Part shown: positions 1 through 14,853 of the stretch, one piece after another
Layout: each line of letters opens with the position of its first letter
How positions within the stretch are numbered: the first letter of the stretch is position 1
From: Eledone cirrhosa
Taxonomy: Eukaryota
Length of the DNA: 64,000 bases
Direction: 5' to 3'
Assembly: GCA_964016885.1 (NCBI GenBank)
Contig: OZ024745.1
Location: 44,454,001-44,518,000, forward strand
The notes under the pieces: generated by a model
The model's input: the letters and a program-made list of their open reading frames with translations, nothing else
The model's database searches: none
Told to the model about the DNA's origin: nothing
Position numbers and translations under genes: made by a program

Positions 1-197
1 TTATTTTAAACTATCTATATCTCTCTAAAAATCTTCCATCTTAATTTTCATATATGACCCTTTCTTAAGTTATGTTATTGTTTCTACCCCAGTGAAGGTA
101 TTTATTTTCAATTATCACTGACTACCTAATTAAATATCTTGAAGCTCCAGTATTGTATTGTGTGTTATATTTAGTAAAGTCTTTTTTTCTTTTAAAG

Positions 198-261
198 GGA
201 ATCACTGGTCATGAGATTTGTCATTATTTTTGGGACTTGAATGTCCGAATGGATTGGGAAG
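198..261 (+). CDS. CERT1: Ceramide transfer protein (CERT/COL4A3BP) START domain, internal exon (GITGHEICHYFWDLNVRMDWE)
   Basis: AG at 196-197 after a pyrimidine tract, GTAAG at 262. Peptide matches the CERT START segment G.TGHEVC.YFW..DVR.DWE. Ends in phase 1, matching the next exon. Confidence 0.92.
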
Positions 262-1470
262 GTAAGAAACAAATATATCAGTTATCTTCATAGGATATTT
301 AAATTCTTGACCAGCACTGAAACACTTATTCTGCTAGAAACTTGAAGAAATGCATTGGTCTATTAATTTATATGGTGGTTTAATAGTCATACAATGATCA
401 TAAGTTCAAATTCTGTTAAAGTGAAGAATTTAATATAATTGATTTTGAACTGAAGCAAAAACAAACAAAATATCCATAGAAATTAAAAGAATCCATGCCA
501 GCTTGGAAAAGTGGACATAAAAATGATGATGATGATGATGATGATCCTATTTGTTGTGAATCTTTAACCTTTTTGACATCAACTGAAACTGTCCTAAATT
601 CTATGATATAAAACTGTTTGAAAGTGTATTAAAGTATATATAGCTATCTAAAAGACTTCCATCAGAATCTTGTGTAAGAATGTGTTATGTTTTATAAACC
701 AGTTTGATAATGAGAAATTTATTTGTATTTTTAAATCCTAAATTTTTGAATATTTTCAAAATTTGTAGTAACATATTTTGGAACCCTTCTCCTGGATCTT
801 TTTATAGTTAGATTTTAATATTTTTCTTTAAAATATACATTCTTTAGTGCTTTCTTCCTTTTACCTTTCCCTTTTCTTTGAAAACAAAACCATTTCCTCA
901 TGTATAATGAATAAGCATTTCATTCTATTGAGTTGTATTATCTACTTGTTGGTACCGTCAGATTTATACAGATTCAATTCTGCTGTGGCCAAAATGAAAT
1001 TATATCACACAAAGTGGAAATTACATGAAATAGCTTTATTTATTTATTTTGATGATGGTAGAAAAACGTATAACATTTTATATGAACACACACACACACG
1101 CAATCATCATCATCATTTAATGCCTGCTTTCCCTGCTAGCAAGTGTTGCTTGGGTCTACATAGACCAAGTTAGTACTGAAGTGGGGTTACTGACCTCCCA
1201 AACAGACTGAGGGGTCTGTATCCTACTTACTTATGGTCATATTGTGTGCAGAGAAGTTGTTGTCTTTTGACACAAACTGAAGGGCCCTCCTAACCACTTC
1301 TTTAGCAAACTTTCTATGGTTGGATGCCCTTCCTAACACACATTTTTTGATAATCAAAATGAACATGTTTTGCTTTCTTAAACACACATTTATCTAATAG
1401 ATTATTTAAATTGTTCCTCTCTCTCTCTCTCTCCCTATATTTATCTATCTATATATATTTATTTTGCCAG

Positions 1471-1670
1471 GCACACTTGAAAGTACTCGATGTATAGAAT
1501 GGTTGTCTGAAGATACCTTTGTCAGTCACAATATCATAAAGCGCGTATGGCCTGCATCACAAAGAGATGCTCTTTTTTGGTCCCATATTCGACATGTTAT
1601 TAGTGATGATGAAGAAAAACCAGATCTCTGGATTGTTGTTAATTATTCCACAGAGCATCCCAGTGTACCA
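1471..1670 (+). CDS. CERT1: CERT START domain exon (..KRVWPASQRDALFWSHIR..WIVVNYSTEHPSVP)
   Basis: tttgccag acceptor, gtaagt donor at 1671. Diagnostic KRVWPASQRD motif. Phase 1 to 0. Confidence 0.95.
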
Positions 1671-1852
1671 GTAAGTTACATTTCTTAAAGATTGCTTCAT
1701 TACTATATTCCTTAATCATATTTTTATTGACCCATTCCCTAACACTTTTCTAATGTTTTTATTGATCTCACTACCGGCATTTATATTTTCATGTAATTTT
1801 TTTCTACAGATCATCAGGTCATCTTTTTAGAAATTCTTTGTAGATGCATTGT

Positions 1853-2071
1853 TTAATCCATTAGCATTTAAACTGGCTGTATCTGGCCAACATTTTCTCC
1901 TCTTTTGCAATTAAAACCGGCCATAATCGGCTGCTCATGCTGACATTGAGATATCATTCTGAAAATGAACAATGTCATCAACATGTCATAGATTCAAGAT
2001 TATGTGAGATAAAGCCTTTACTGTGAAAATACAATAGTACATTTAGAATAATGTAAATGCTAAAGGGTTAA
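1853..2071. mobile_element. piggyBac-like MITE (TTAA-flanked, ~220 bp)
   Basis: ttaa-tccattagcattta ... taaatgctaaaggg-ttaa terminal inverted repeats. Related copies at 40037-40268 and 55683-57102 in the opposite orientation. Confidence 0.7.
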
Positions 2072-2250
2072 TATGTTCGGTCTAAGGGCCAAATCCCTGT
2101 AAAAAGCCTTATTTTCAAAATAAGAGCCTTATGTTCAAGTTGCAAGACTACATGCCAATAATAAACAGAGGTTGGCTTCTGACTAAAGAATGCTTATATG
2201 TGTGATATATTATACATCTTCAATCATAGCAATATCTTCCTTCATACAGA

Positions 2251-2596
2251 GGCACATGGCTTAGTGGTTAGAGCATTGGCCTTGCAATCGAAAGGTTGTG
2301 AGTTCAATTCTCAGACCAGGTGATGTGTTGTTTCCTTGAGCAAGACACTTTATTTCACATTGCTCCAGTTTACTCAGCTGTAGAAATGAGATGATAGGGA
2401 CTGGGGTCCATATCATTCCATTGCAAAGTGGTCGTGGAGGTGCCACGGCAAAAAAGCACTCAGCACTCACTGTAAATGAGGTTGGTGTTAGGAAGGGCAT
2501 CCAGCTGTAGAAATCAAGCCAGAATCAGTTCTGGTCCCACCCTTGCAAGCAAGGAAAAAGCGGACGTAAAATGAAATGATGATGATGATGATGATG
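2251..2596 (+). mobile_element. tRNA-derived CORE-type SINE with RTE-like 3' tail and (GAT)n end
   Basis: A-box tggcttagtggttagagc and B-box gagttcaattct. CORE-like ccttgagcaagacacttta..cagtttactcagctgtagaaatg. 7-bp TSD atacaga at 2244-2250 and 2597-2603. Confidence 0.85.
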
Positions 2597-3366
2597 ATAC
2601 AGACACATATTGTCTAAAATATTATAATTACATAGTTCAAGACCTACTCACTATTTCCACTGACCCATTTTAACAATACAGTTATGTTTTACTGGCAATA
2701 TAATTGTTTTTAATTCCTTAACAATGTTAGTAAAATCTTATAACTGCTTAGATCACAGATAAGAGTGTTTCAGAAGAAACTAACCAGCGAGGCTATGATT
2801 TTTGGTGCGTAGGTCCGTTCTACTATTTAAAAAAATGAAAAACAAATAGGTATGTATTGGAAGCTAGTATACTGTTTACAATGGTATATGTGCAGTTCAT
2901 TAGTATCTAGTATAGTCTCAAGTTCAGGAAGTTAATATTGCTGTATTTTTTATAGGCAGTGAATTGGCAGTCATTAGAATGTTGGATAGAATGCTTTATA
3001 GTATTTGTTCTGGCTGTCTGCTCTCAAATCCTGCCGAGGTCAACTTTGTTTTTCATCCTTTCGAGGTCGGTAAAAAAAAGTACCAGTCTTACTGGGGTCA
3101 ATTCTTCCTCTCTGGAAGAAATCTGCTATATTCAGGCCTGTAGAGAGATGGGCTCTGCCAGGTTTTAAATACCCCAAAATGCTGTATGGTGCCCCTACGA
3201 CTCTATCAGGAGTTACGGGACCATACCATACCATTTTTTGTTCAAATCACTAAGTATCAATCTCCTTATCCGTCTTATTTTATCTGTTTCACTTAGCTGC
3301 AAATGTGTAATTCAGTTAGATATTACATTATATCAACCTACCACATTTTCCTCTTATTTAACACAG

Positions 3367-3490
3367 CCTGGTAAATATGTTCGTGTAAAAATGAATGTGT
3401 CACTGGCCTGTCAAACATTAATTGAACCACCAGATGATGGAGAGATCACCCGAGACAATATAACATGCAAAATCACATATACCGCCAATG
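3367..3490 (+). CDS. CERT1: CERT START domain exon ([41 protein letters not shown])
   Basis: acacag acceptor, gtaagt donor at 3491. Matches CERT VRAKINVAMICQT..PP...EISRDNILCKITYVAN. Phase 0 to 1. Confidence 0.95.
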
Positions 3491-4837
3491 GTAAGTTGTT
3501 AAAATTTTATTGATAAATTTGAATAATATGAATAAACTATAGTCTTGGAAGTTTTTGTGTGTGTGTGTCTGTGTGTTTATCATGCCTCATACACTGTTTA
3601 CTTTCCTGGCATTTCTACATTATTCTATGTACTATACATGCACCTTTGATGAGTTGTAGTGCATCTGAACACTTTATCTAATAATTTTCATTATTATTAT
3701 AATGATTGGTTGGTAGTCAGAATAAGGATTTTGAAGAAATTCAAGAAGATGCATCATTGCAGATTTAAGAACAATTCCCCACTGTTTAAATTTTGTATAA
3801 CCCCCCCATCCCAACAGTTTCTTAAGTTTAAAGTATTAAAGGGCCTTTTTGGATATAAGCAGCAACTATTAGTTCATTTATTGCCTTTAGCAGAGTGCAC
3901 TGTTACAAACATTGAGGCCAGGTGTCTGTTCTGAGGATAACTTCCTACTACCAGTTACAGTAGTCCTGAAAAAGGTCATGGGTGCTGCTTATGCTTCTTT
4001 AGACTAAGTTGTGTAAAAGGCTTACAGATTAACAGACAGGATTAACATGAATAGAGATATGAACTATCATAAGAACCATATCCAATTGGGCTGTTGAGAC
4101 ACCAATGGCGACTTCATGTAAATAAATTTATCCAAACTCAGTTTACAGTGATCCATATTTTTCTATATGCACTCACTCTAATCTGTAAGATGGTTGTGCA
4201 GGTGCCATGACAAAAAAACACCTAGTATACCCTGTGAATATGTACGTTAAACAATGATGATGATTTTTCTAAGTTATATATTTATGCCACAGACAAAAGT
4301 AGTGTTACTGGCCCGATACAATATAAATACATAGTGGTGAGCAGAGGCTTAAATTGCTTAAAATGTTTTTTTCTACCATCCTCTGCCCCCCCCCCCCCCC
4401 CCCCCCCCCCCCAATAGCATGGAAGATGGACGTTAAACGAGGATGATGATGATGACTAATAACTCATTTGAAAAATGTTCATTAGTCATGTTAAATTTAT
4501 ATTCCATAAGAGAGATACCTAAAGGGAAAGAAAAAATGGCTTTTGACACAGAGATCCAGTGCTGTTTTTATTTATATATTTTTGCTAATCAACTAGTAAA
4601 GTATTTATTTTTTAAACCATTTTCCCTATTAGTTAATGCTTACTAAGCTATCGAATCTGCAGTGTTTGTGTGTATTACATTTATCAAGGTTCATAAGGCA
4701 GTATTAGAGATAATTTTTCAAAATAACAAGCTAAATGCATATACCTTACAGTATTTAGTGAGATCACTTCACATTTCCAGTTCGGATCTCACTGAAGTTG
4801 ACTTTGCTTTTCATTTCACCAGGGTTGGTAAAATTGA

Positions 4838-5020
<183 letters not shown>

Positions 5021-5398
5021 TGATAAAACCTCCTGTAAGTGAAGCCTGAGTTGTCTGTCTGCGTATCGGCCGGCTTTCAGAGACATGGCACCCTAAGAAT
5101 GGAAACAGCACCCATTTAAGTAGTACTGCTGTCTTGTTGCTGAATCATCTTTTGTTGTAGTACATTGCTACAACTTCTATTTCTCCAAGATACTACTTTC
5201 TTGGTTCATTTTGCTATTTTTTGCAAGTTCAACCTCACACTACCTTTAAACCACATTGGTTGTTTCACTAACTCAGTTTCACTACCATCATTTATGGGTG
5301 ATGTTCTCTTTCTTTCTCAAGTATCAGAAATAAATTGGCTTTGAAGTAGCAGTACTAGTTAGCTTTAAAATATAAAACACAAACAAATCACACACACA

Positions 5399-5446
<48 letters not shown>

Positions 5447-5467
5447 ATAATATAAACACAGAATGAC

Positions 5468-5501
<34 letters not shown>

Positions 5502-5818
5502 TTGGGGTTCATCTCAGATCATATGTATTGAAGCTAAGACAATTACATTGTGGGAGGTAGGTATTTAAATCACATATACCACCACTTCATTCTCATTTGT
5601 TTTATTTCCTGATAGTATTCTATGCTATAAAGTGTCACAATTCCAATGTACATCTATACCACAACTGACACAACCCTATTATACCAGAACATGCAGTGTG
5701 TTTGTTAGTATGTATAAAACAAAAGTCAATTATGTGTGTGTGTTTTAAATGGTTATTTTGACTCTTCCACAATGAAATTGTTTTATATTATATATGTTTT
5801 TATACACACACACACACA

Positions 5819-5930
<112 letters not shown>

Positions 5931-6881
5931 ATACATAGTGGATTGTGTAGTTTTTTGTAGCGCATGAAATTCAGAGCAAGGTAAGAAGAGTGAGCTATAG
6001 GGAGCTGAGAGGCGAAAGCTAGAGTAAAATAAAATATAAATAAATGAGATAAAACTTGTTAAAAATGGTATACGTTTTGTTATATTGTTCGTTTACTACA
6101 ACTCTACCTTCAAGTAAATGAACAATAAAACACAAAATGTATACCATTTTTAAACAACTTTTATCTTGTTTATTTTGGTTTATTCTAGCTTCTCCCTGTT
6201 TCCTATAGCTCATTCTTTATACCATGTCCTGAACTGCACACACTACAAAAAAACTATACATAGCCTTTGCACACCATTCTCTCCATTCTTTGTCAGTTGG
6301 TGCATTTGGGATACCTTTTCATTTGTATTTGTGAAATTTGCTGAAAGGCATAACTTGTCTTGTTTTTTTCTCTGTTTTGTTATGTGCCAGTGTACACTGG
6401 AATGAATGGTATCAACCTTAATGCTCCAAAACTGTAGAGATTTTCAGAGGTTGACTGAAGGCGATGGGACTCTGTTTTTCTGTTGTATTTTCCATTTTCT
6501 TTGTCCTGTGCACCTCATCTATTTTGAAAATATATGTATATATATACAGACACACACACACATATATATATATATACAGACACACACATACATGCACACA
6601 TGAGTAGGTATATACATCTATATATAAGTAACCTGTGGAAGAGGAAGGCATGGCAAGAAGTGGTGAAAGATGACAAAGAACCAAGACAAGAAGTGGTGAA
6701 CGAGATGACAAAGAACCAAGACAAGTGCTAAAGGCATGTCTAACCCATGCCAGCATATAAAAACGGGTCAACATTTTATTGGAGTTACTATCTTTCCAGC
6801 TGTTTCTATAGTTGGATGCCCTTCTATCATCAAGCACTTTACATAGTGTACTGGGCACATTTTATTGTGGCACTAGCCAAA

Positions 6882-6920
<39 letters not shown>

Positions 6921-7742
6921 TTACACACACACACACGGGGGGGGGGGTGATTTGAAAGCCAACAATGCTTTAAACTTGGCTTTTTTTTTTTTAGCCCCAA
7001 GCACGGCAATAAAGCCACTAAAATGCAAGTGATAAAGATAAAGTAGGGATTAGCCTTGCAGGCCCCATGACAATCTTCATATTCATCATTGGGGTTCTTT
7101 ATGAGGTACTGTCTTATGACTGGATACCTTTTCTGATGCCAACCCTTTTAGTCACGTTTTACTATATGCAAGGATACAGTGTAGCTATTCTAATCCACCT
7201 ACACTTATATACATGTATGCACACACACACACACATATATATATAGTGGAATAAGCTGTAGATATCCAGGTATTCCATCTATTTGATAACTGAACTACCT
7301 ACTCGTTAAATTAACATGGCAGTGGCTGAGTATTCCACCAATACGTGTCCCTTAAATGTAATTCTCAGGCAGAATCAGCATGGCACAGTGTATGTGACAA
7401 GACAGGCCCTGTAAATTAGATACATTGTATCTACACAGTTTCTATCTACCCGATTTCATTCATTTAGGTTAACTAAAAGTTAATGTAAAAGTCATTTGGT
7501 CAACAATGCTGTGGAGTTAAACCTGGAATCTCATGATTGCAAGGTGATCTTAACCATTTGGTCATGCCAGTACCCTTTTATACATACATATATATGTATA
7601 TCTACGTACATATATATATATGTATATCTACGTACATATATATATCTACGTACATATATATATCTACGTACATATATATCTGGTTATATATATACAAACA
7701 CAGGTGTGTGTGTGTGTGTGTATATACAGATATATATATATA

Positions 7743-7877
7743 ATGTATTGTAAATAGTTAGTGCCAATGGCTGAGCTCACAGTGTTTCGACGGCAAGTGG
7801 ATAACAGAATTCAGTTATCCACTTGCTGTCGGAATTCAGTGAGGTCAGCCATCAGGCATTCACTATTTACAATACAT
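7743..7877. repeat. Imperfect palindrome (~135 bp foldback)
   Basis: atgtattgtaaatagt...gacggcaagtggataac / gttatccacttgctgtc...actatttacaatacat. Confidence 0.85.
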
Positions 7878-7948
7878 ACTCTACTTCCCCAAGTATTCAG
7901 TACTTAGCTGAACATGGTCTGAGCACTCTAAACTGATAACTCCCAATA

Positions 7949-8162
<214 letters not shown>

Positions 8163-8899
8163 GAACCTTATTTTATGATGCTTGCAGTAGTTAAACCTGT
8201 TTATTATTACTAATATTATTTTCTTGCTGCTTTCTGATCACTAAACAGCTGTTGAACAAGTTATTTTCTGTCGATGACTCAAACCTCAATATTACTCTTT
8301 CTATTAAATCTCAGTGGTTTGATAAACCTCTTCACTTCAGAATCCATGAAAACACTTACTCTACAATTATTTGGCAGCTGAGTAAGGACATCATTCTTTT
8401 TCTCTCATTTATCCATCCTTTTTGTGTTTAAAAACAAATATTTAGTTGGAATCTTTTGCTACACGCTGTTTATAAAATGGTCAGCTGATATATTTTTTTG
8501 AGGTCTGTTGTTGAGAAGTGGATTTTTTTTTCATATTTTTGTTTTAAATCTCTGAGGGAGAAAAATTAACACAAATATACTTGTATCATAAAAAAGATGT
8601 ATGTAAATATATATATATGTATATATATACATATTATGTACACATAGACACACACCCATACATCACACACATTAAACAACCCTTACACTCTGTAAAATGG
8701 TTGGTGACAGGAAAGGCTTCCTGCTGTAGAAAATCTGCCAAACAGTTTCAAGAGGACTCTTCAGCAGTGACTGGTGCTATGATAAAATCTTGGTAGAGCA
8801 CAAGAAAGTATGTAAGGGAGATGATGCGGGACCGTGGCCTGTCTGAGTGGTCAGTAGCTCTGCTTGAGTACTTACTTGGTCTGTGGTGATCCATCTAAC

Positions 8900-9950
8900 C
8901 CTTACTAGCAGACAGAACAGACATTAAAGTATCCCTCTTTGCCATTCTCGAAATCTTCCCCTTTTTCTTGTCAATGTTCTTTCAAACTTCATCTTACCAT
9001 GATGTTTCCAAGTGTCTTGTGATCCTTTTGTCCATCCAGACACATCACCAACGGCTCCTAACAAACTATCTTTCAGAGACTTACAAGCACTCTCAAGTTC
9101 ATTCATGTCCTCTAACAACTCAAATTTCTCTCAGAGAGCCTCCCTCACTGTTACTTCTTTTAACCTCTACACCTTCAGCTTTGTTTGATATTTCCTCAAC
9201 AGAGCTCTCCTCCCACATTCACCCTCATGTCACAGACAGCTAGAGGGAGCTATGTAATAACCTCCTGCTCTGTGATTACCTTTGTTTCATTACATTCCTT
9301 CTACCTTGCCCACGTACCATCAGGTAGTTGATAGTTGACAACAACCCACCCAATGTGTATATATTGAGTTTGTCTTCTTTCTGGAATTAGGTGTAACAGA
9401 TTAACATCTCAACTCAATTAGCAAGCCCCAAATCCTTCCAACCTTGTCATTCCTCACACTATACACATAGCTTCCAAGGACTGTCTGAAAAGCATCTATA
9501 CTCTTCACATGTCCATTCAAATCCCAACCCATCAAAACTTCCGCATTTTTCATGTTTTCATTCCCCTCTATTGCACACGAAAACTTCTTTTTAGCACTCT
9601 AACATGCCTGTTGTGCATATCTTGAGATAATTTTCTCCAGTAACTTTCACCACATCATCAACTATTTACTCACTCTAACCACACTGTCTACAAACTCTAC
9701 AGAAATCAAGACACCAACACTGCACATCCTCATCTTGTCTCTAACATACAATGTATGACCACTCTTCTTTTATTTAGTGCCTCAATCACTTCTCTCCATC
9801 CCTATAACATTATCCCAACTGCCCATGTCCAAATCCTCATGTACTTGTCTCCACAAGGCATATCAGCATTTAGCCCTCATAAATGGATAGAACTCCTCAT
9901 TTGTTTCAATTAAATTTCCCACCTTGTGTTTTGATGAGATGGGATGGGGA
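8900..9950 (-). mobile_element. Highly decayed RTE-like LINE remnant (APE endonuclease region)
   Basis: The minus strand near 9510-9530 reads GWDLNGHV (an APE GDxNGHV-like motif). Otherwise fragmented, and the boundaries are approximate. Confidence 0.5.
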
Positions 9951-10148
9951 CCCCCCTCCACAAGGTATTTTGGGCTGTACTCTGCCATATGTTGTTAATA
10001 CTCACCATGAGGTCCTTTTTGAGGCATTATTTTATGGCTGAATACCCTTCTTGGTGCCAACACTTTTAGTCATCTCTTACGGCATGCAGAGTTATTTATA
10101 TACATACATGTATATATATATATGTGTGTGTGTGTGTGTATATATGTG

Positions 10149-10182
<34 letters not shown>

Positions 10183-10234
10183 ATATATATATATATGTGT
10201 GTGTATGTATATATATATGTGTGTGTGTGTGTGT

Positions 10235-10559
10235 CACATGGCTTAGTGGTTAGAGCATTGGCCTTGCAATCGAAAGGTTATGAGTTCAATTCTCAAACCG
10301 GGTGATGTGTTGTTTCCTTGAGCAAGACACTTTATTTCACATTGCTACAGTTTACTCAGCTGTAGAAATGAGATAAGACTGGGGTCCCTATCATTCCACT
10401 GCAAAGTGGACGTGTAGGCGCCACGGACAAAAAAAAAGCACCCAGCACTCACTGTAAATGAGGTTGGTGTTAGGAAGGGCATCCAGCTGTAGAAATCAAG
10501 CCAGAATCAGTTCCCGTCCCACCCTTGCAAGCAAGGAAAAGCGGACGTAAAATGATGAT
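10235..10559 (+). mobile_element. CORE-type SINE, close copy of 2251-2596
   Basis: Near-identical head, core and tail to the 2251 copy. Inserted in a TG/TA microsatellite. Confidence 0.85.
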
Positions 10560-10603
<44 letters not shown>

Positions 10604-11556
10604 TATGTACGTATGTGTATATATATGAGTCTTTTTATTATACTTTATTCATGTGTATATCTCATGTGAGGAGCTGCTGTTTCATTAGGGTTTGGTAGCT
10701 TTGTTTTATACAATTGTTTACCTCTGATATCAGTTTTCAGTTAACATGCTAATAGCTGGTACTATAGAAAAAGCTGTCTGTCATCATTTCTCAATGAATC
10801 TGACTCATTATATGTGACATGCCTATATATATATAGAGACATAACTTTTGTTAATCATGAATTGGCAGTTGTTAAGCCATCAAATATAATACCTTGCCAT
10901 ATCTGTTCCAGCTCACTGCACCCTCATTTCAAATCCTGCAGCAGTCAACAGATATCAGGTTTGCCTTTCATCCTATTGGGTCCAGGACTGTAGATTGGTG
11001 AAATTGTTAATGTGTTGGATGAGGTGTTGTCTTGTGGTATTTGTTCCAGCTTTGTGTATTTTGTGTTCAAATTCCACAGTGCCTAGAATTAATCTGTCAC
11101 CTGGTTTACCACCACCACATGGGTCTTGGAGGTCTTTAGCAGTGTTGACTATGCTAAATCATTTCGACCAGTTCTCTAGTTTGAGAATATCTACCTTCCT
11201 TCTTCTGAAGGCCCTGAAGAGGATCATTGGTACTACCCTACTCGACTAAAACATTAGGCAAAAAAATCTTTGAAATATAAGAAGGGAGAGATGAGACATT
11301 TCTAAATCCAGTTAAATGCACGCGCCACACATGCACACACAGGCAGACTCACACACACACAAAATAAAAACGTAATATAAACAACAAAAAAAAAGCCTTG
11401 TATAAAGTACTTACATTACAATCAATATTCACAGCGTTAACAAAAGATGAAAAGAAAGTATGTTGATATTACGGCACGAATGATCCTGTTTTGAAAAGAT
11501 TTTAAGTATCAGTCAATTGTCTTCTATTGGATAAATGTTGGAAATTTGTTTCAGAT

Positions 11557-11756
11557 NNNNNNNNNNNNNNNNNNNNNNNNNNNNNNNNNNNNNNNNNNNN
11601 NNNNNNNNNNNNNNNNNNNNNNNNNNNNNNNNNNNNNNNNNNNNNNNNNNNNNNNNNNNNNNNNNNNNNNNNNNNNNNNNNNNNNNNNNNNNNNNNNNNN
11701 NNNNNNNNNNNNNNNNNNNNNNNNNNNNNNNNNNNNNNNNNNNNNNNNNNNNNNNN
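11557..11756. other. Assembly gap (200 N)
   Basis: Run of N. Confidence 1.
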
Positions 11757-11963
11757 GCATATATTTTATATATACACACATGCATACATATATGTAGTGT
11801 GTGTGTGTGTGTGTGTATATATATGTGAAAAATTATGAGGACTTTTTCTCATAGTTATTCTTTAAGAAATGTTTTACAAAATAGTTACATCTGATCATTA
11901 ATAACAATCAGAACTCATAATTTTTCAAAAATATTTTACTGTCATAAGGATTTCTTTCATTTG

Positions 11964-11999
<36 letters not shown>

Positions 12000-12927
12000 A
12001 CACACACACACACATACATACATATACACATATATTTATGCATATATGTGTGTGTGTGTGTGTGTATACATATGTATGTTTTACATATGTATATTTTACA
12101 TACATATATATATATATATATATAGATATATATATGTATACATGCATATTTATAAGTATGTATACACATCTATATATGTATGTATACTGACATGTATATG
12201 TATGTATGCTCATATATATATATATGAATGTATATATAGTATATTTGGTAATACACTGTATGCTTAATTAAAAGCATTTTGAAGACCTTATGCTATTGTT
12301 TTAAAGTAGTGACTGTCACTTCTTTTTTCAACAAACAAAGGGAGATAAGCTGACAGATCTGTTTCATAGTGTTGGTATTCCTCAGAGCTTAGCACTCCCC
12401 TTGCCTGTTGAAGTTTATGAATGTTGGATTTTCATAGAATTCCAGTAATATTTCAGAGCAGCAATTCTTATATATATATATATATATATATATGAATATA
12501 TTTAGATAGATACAAAAACCTAGAAAATCAATGGTTATATGTTTAACTCTGATTTTCACTCATCAAACTACAAACACATACACAGAATAGTAGTTGAGTT
12601 TTTATATAAATTAATATTTTATTGCTATGCAAACATTACAAGTTTCAATGTGTTGGCTATTATATTTCTTTGAGCTATATATGTTGACACTTTTAAAAAA
12701 AATATATTTAATATATGATTTTACCAATATTATATTTTCTGTTCTGCCTTTTGATATATTAGTTTTTTTTTTAAATACATTACTATTTTGTTTTTAAGTT
12801 CTTTTTTTTTTGTTATTTGTTGTATTTATTTTTAAAATTTTTTCTTTTAACTTGGATGTTTGTTTTGGTATTATAAGAAAATCCTGCTGAACATTATCTT
12901 AAAATGTTATTTTGCTCCGAACCCTCT

Positions 12928-13140
12928 TTAACTCTTAATGACCTGTACTGCATGAAACGACATTAGCAAAACATTATTGAAAAGCACAAGTGATGGAGCG
13001 CTATTAAAAATTAAAGTCTTTACTCTGATACTGCAATTTTTTCGAACAATCTGTCCAATAGTAAAGATACTATAGACATTTGAATTAACAAGGCCATTTT
13101 AGACATTTTCTGCTAAATCTTACAGGATGTTAAGAGTTAA
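12928..13140. mobile_element. TTAA-flanked MITE (second family)
   Basis: ttaactcttaatgacctgta ... tacaggatgttaagagttaa inverted termini. Confidence 0.65.
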
Positions 13141-14604
13141 ATGACTGCTGGCACTAAATTAGAATATTAAGCTATCTCTTTCATTCATTCTACATATGAA
13201 ACTTTTTTAATGGAAAAACTAATATTGTAAAGCTCAATGAATTTAACAGATTTCTCATTCAAATTATTTTTTTGTTTTGTTTTGTTTTTCCTGTGAAAAA
13301 TATTAAGTCACTGTTTTTTATATACTGTTGAAGTTGTAGTTATATTTTAAGAACCATCACTGATTAGTGTTGTTGTGCCCTGCTTATTTCAGATTTTAAT
13401 ATGACTGTTATGTTAAAGTTAAACCCAACCATTTTCATGGATTCATAACAAACAGAGATTGTTGTTCTGAAGGGATATCTTTTTTAATAGGACATTGCTT
13501 TAGGGCATAGTCTCACATTTGTTATAATTGTTTGATCTCCTGCAAATGGATACTAGCTAGCCATCTTAAGGAGAGTTATTGGTTCAGGAAGAATAGCTGA
13601 TTGCATTCATATTTTAGCCTGCATCAGGCTTGTAGAGCAATATTTTCTTGTGATTAAACCAATCTCTTAGAAAACTTTTAAGTGGAAGAGAGAATGTTCT
13701 GTCTACTCTCTCTTCATCTCCTCTTTGGAAATATTTTGGATTTGTCTTGTCTAATATTATTGTAACCCAACAATAATTGCAGACAGTTGTGAGAATTGTT
13801 GAAACAGGCTGAAAATATTTAAATTCTTCTTTCTGACCAGAACAATAAGCTAATATGTGTGTATATAATGTTCTCCCACTCTTTTGTCTTTTCCATATCT
13901 GAAATTTGATTCATCTCTTTCCATTTAGTTTTTCATTGCTTCTTCAAAAAATAATCTATTTTTTAAAATGTCTGGGAAGAAGTTAGTGAATTTTTACATT
14001 TTATTATTGCTCTTAAATACGCAAAGAATTAAAATATTGTTTTAAAAAATTATCAAAATAACAAAAAATTGAAATGAAATTAAATATTAAAATCAAATCA
14101 AATCAATATGAACAACAAGACAAAAACAAGTTTGTAATTTAACAATAAATATGTTGTTGGGCAAAGTTCCAGTTTACTGGATAAGACAACTACTACTCTG
14201 CTATTACCTACATCACCATCATCACTGCTGCTGTTCTTCTTGGGTGAATCAGGAACTGTGTTTTTACTCCTTGAGACATGCTCATACTACTGCTGTGCTA
14301 TTGTGTATAATAGCTGGAGCTGTGAAAGTTTCATTGCTGTAAACACACTTAACAGTTGACAACAAATGTATATTTTTTCTGGTGAACAATGCTAGTAAAC
14401 TCTTGGCAAACTGATTTTAAAAATAAATATTATAATCATTTATTTCTTTGTGTTTTATTTATTTATTTAAGTCTATTTTCAATTATTAGACCAGTGCTTT
14501 GTTTTTCTATGTATATTGGGGATAAATACTGTGGATTTATGTCTATTTATGTGAATTTATGTCTATATATGATTACTTAGAACAGTTTCAATTAACAAAT
14601 TCTT

Positions 14605-14853
14605 TAACCCTTTCGATTCCAGTTCACCTGAGACTGCCCCTGAATCGACAATACAAAATTGTGTTTAAAAATATTTGAATTTTAACTTGCTCTCAACATT
14701 TTACATATAAACTTTCTGTTCTGTTTCAAATAGCAGCTTCATAATAAAGAAATTAAATATTTTACTAAACCCCTCCAAGTTCTTGATTATTTTCAAAGCC
14801 AATTGAAACATGGGCAACCTCTTTTGTTTGAAATATGGTCACAGAGGGATTAA
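14605..14853. mobile_element. Decayed TTAA MITE
   Basis: Starts ttaaccctttcg and ends agagggattaa. Similar sequence near 565-780. Confidence 0.45.

Noticed and set aside
2251-2330. tRNA gene
   Set aside because: A and B boxes are present, but the sequence continues into a CORE domain and LINE tail with a TSD. It is a SINE head, as are 10235, 32844 and 39615.
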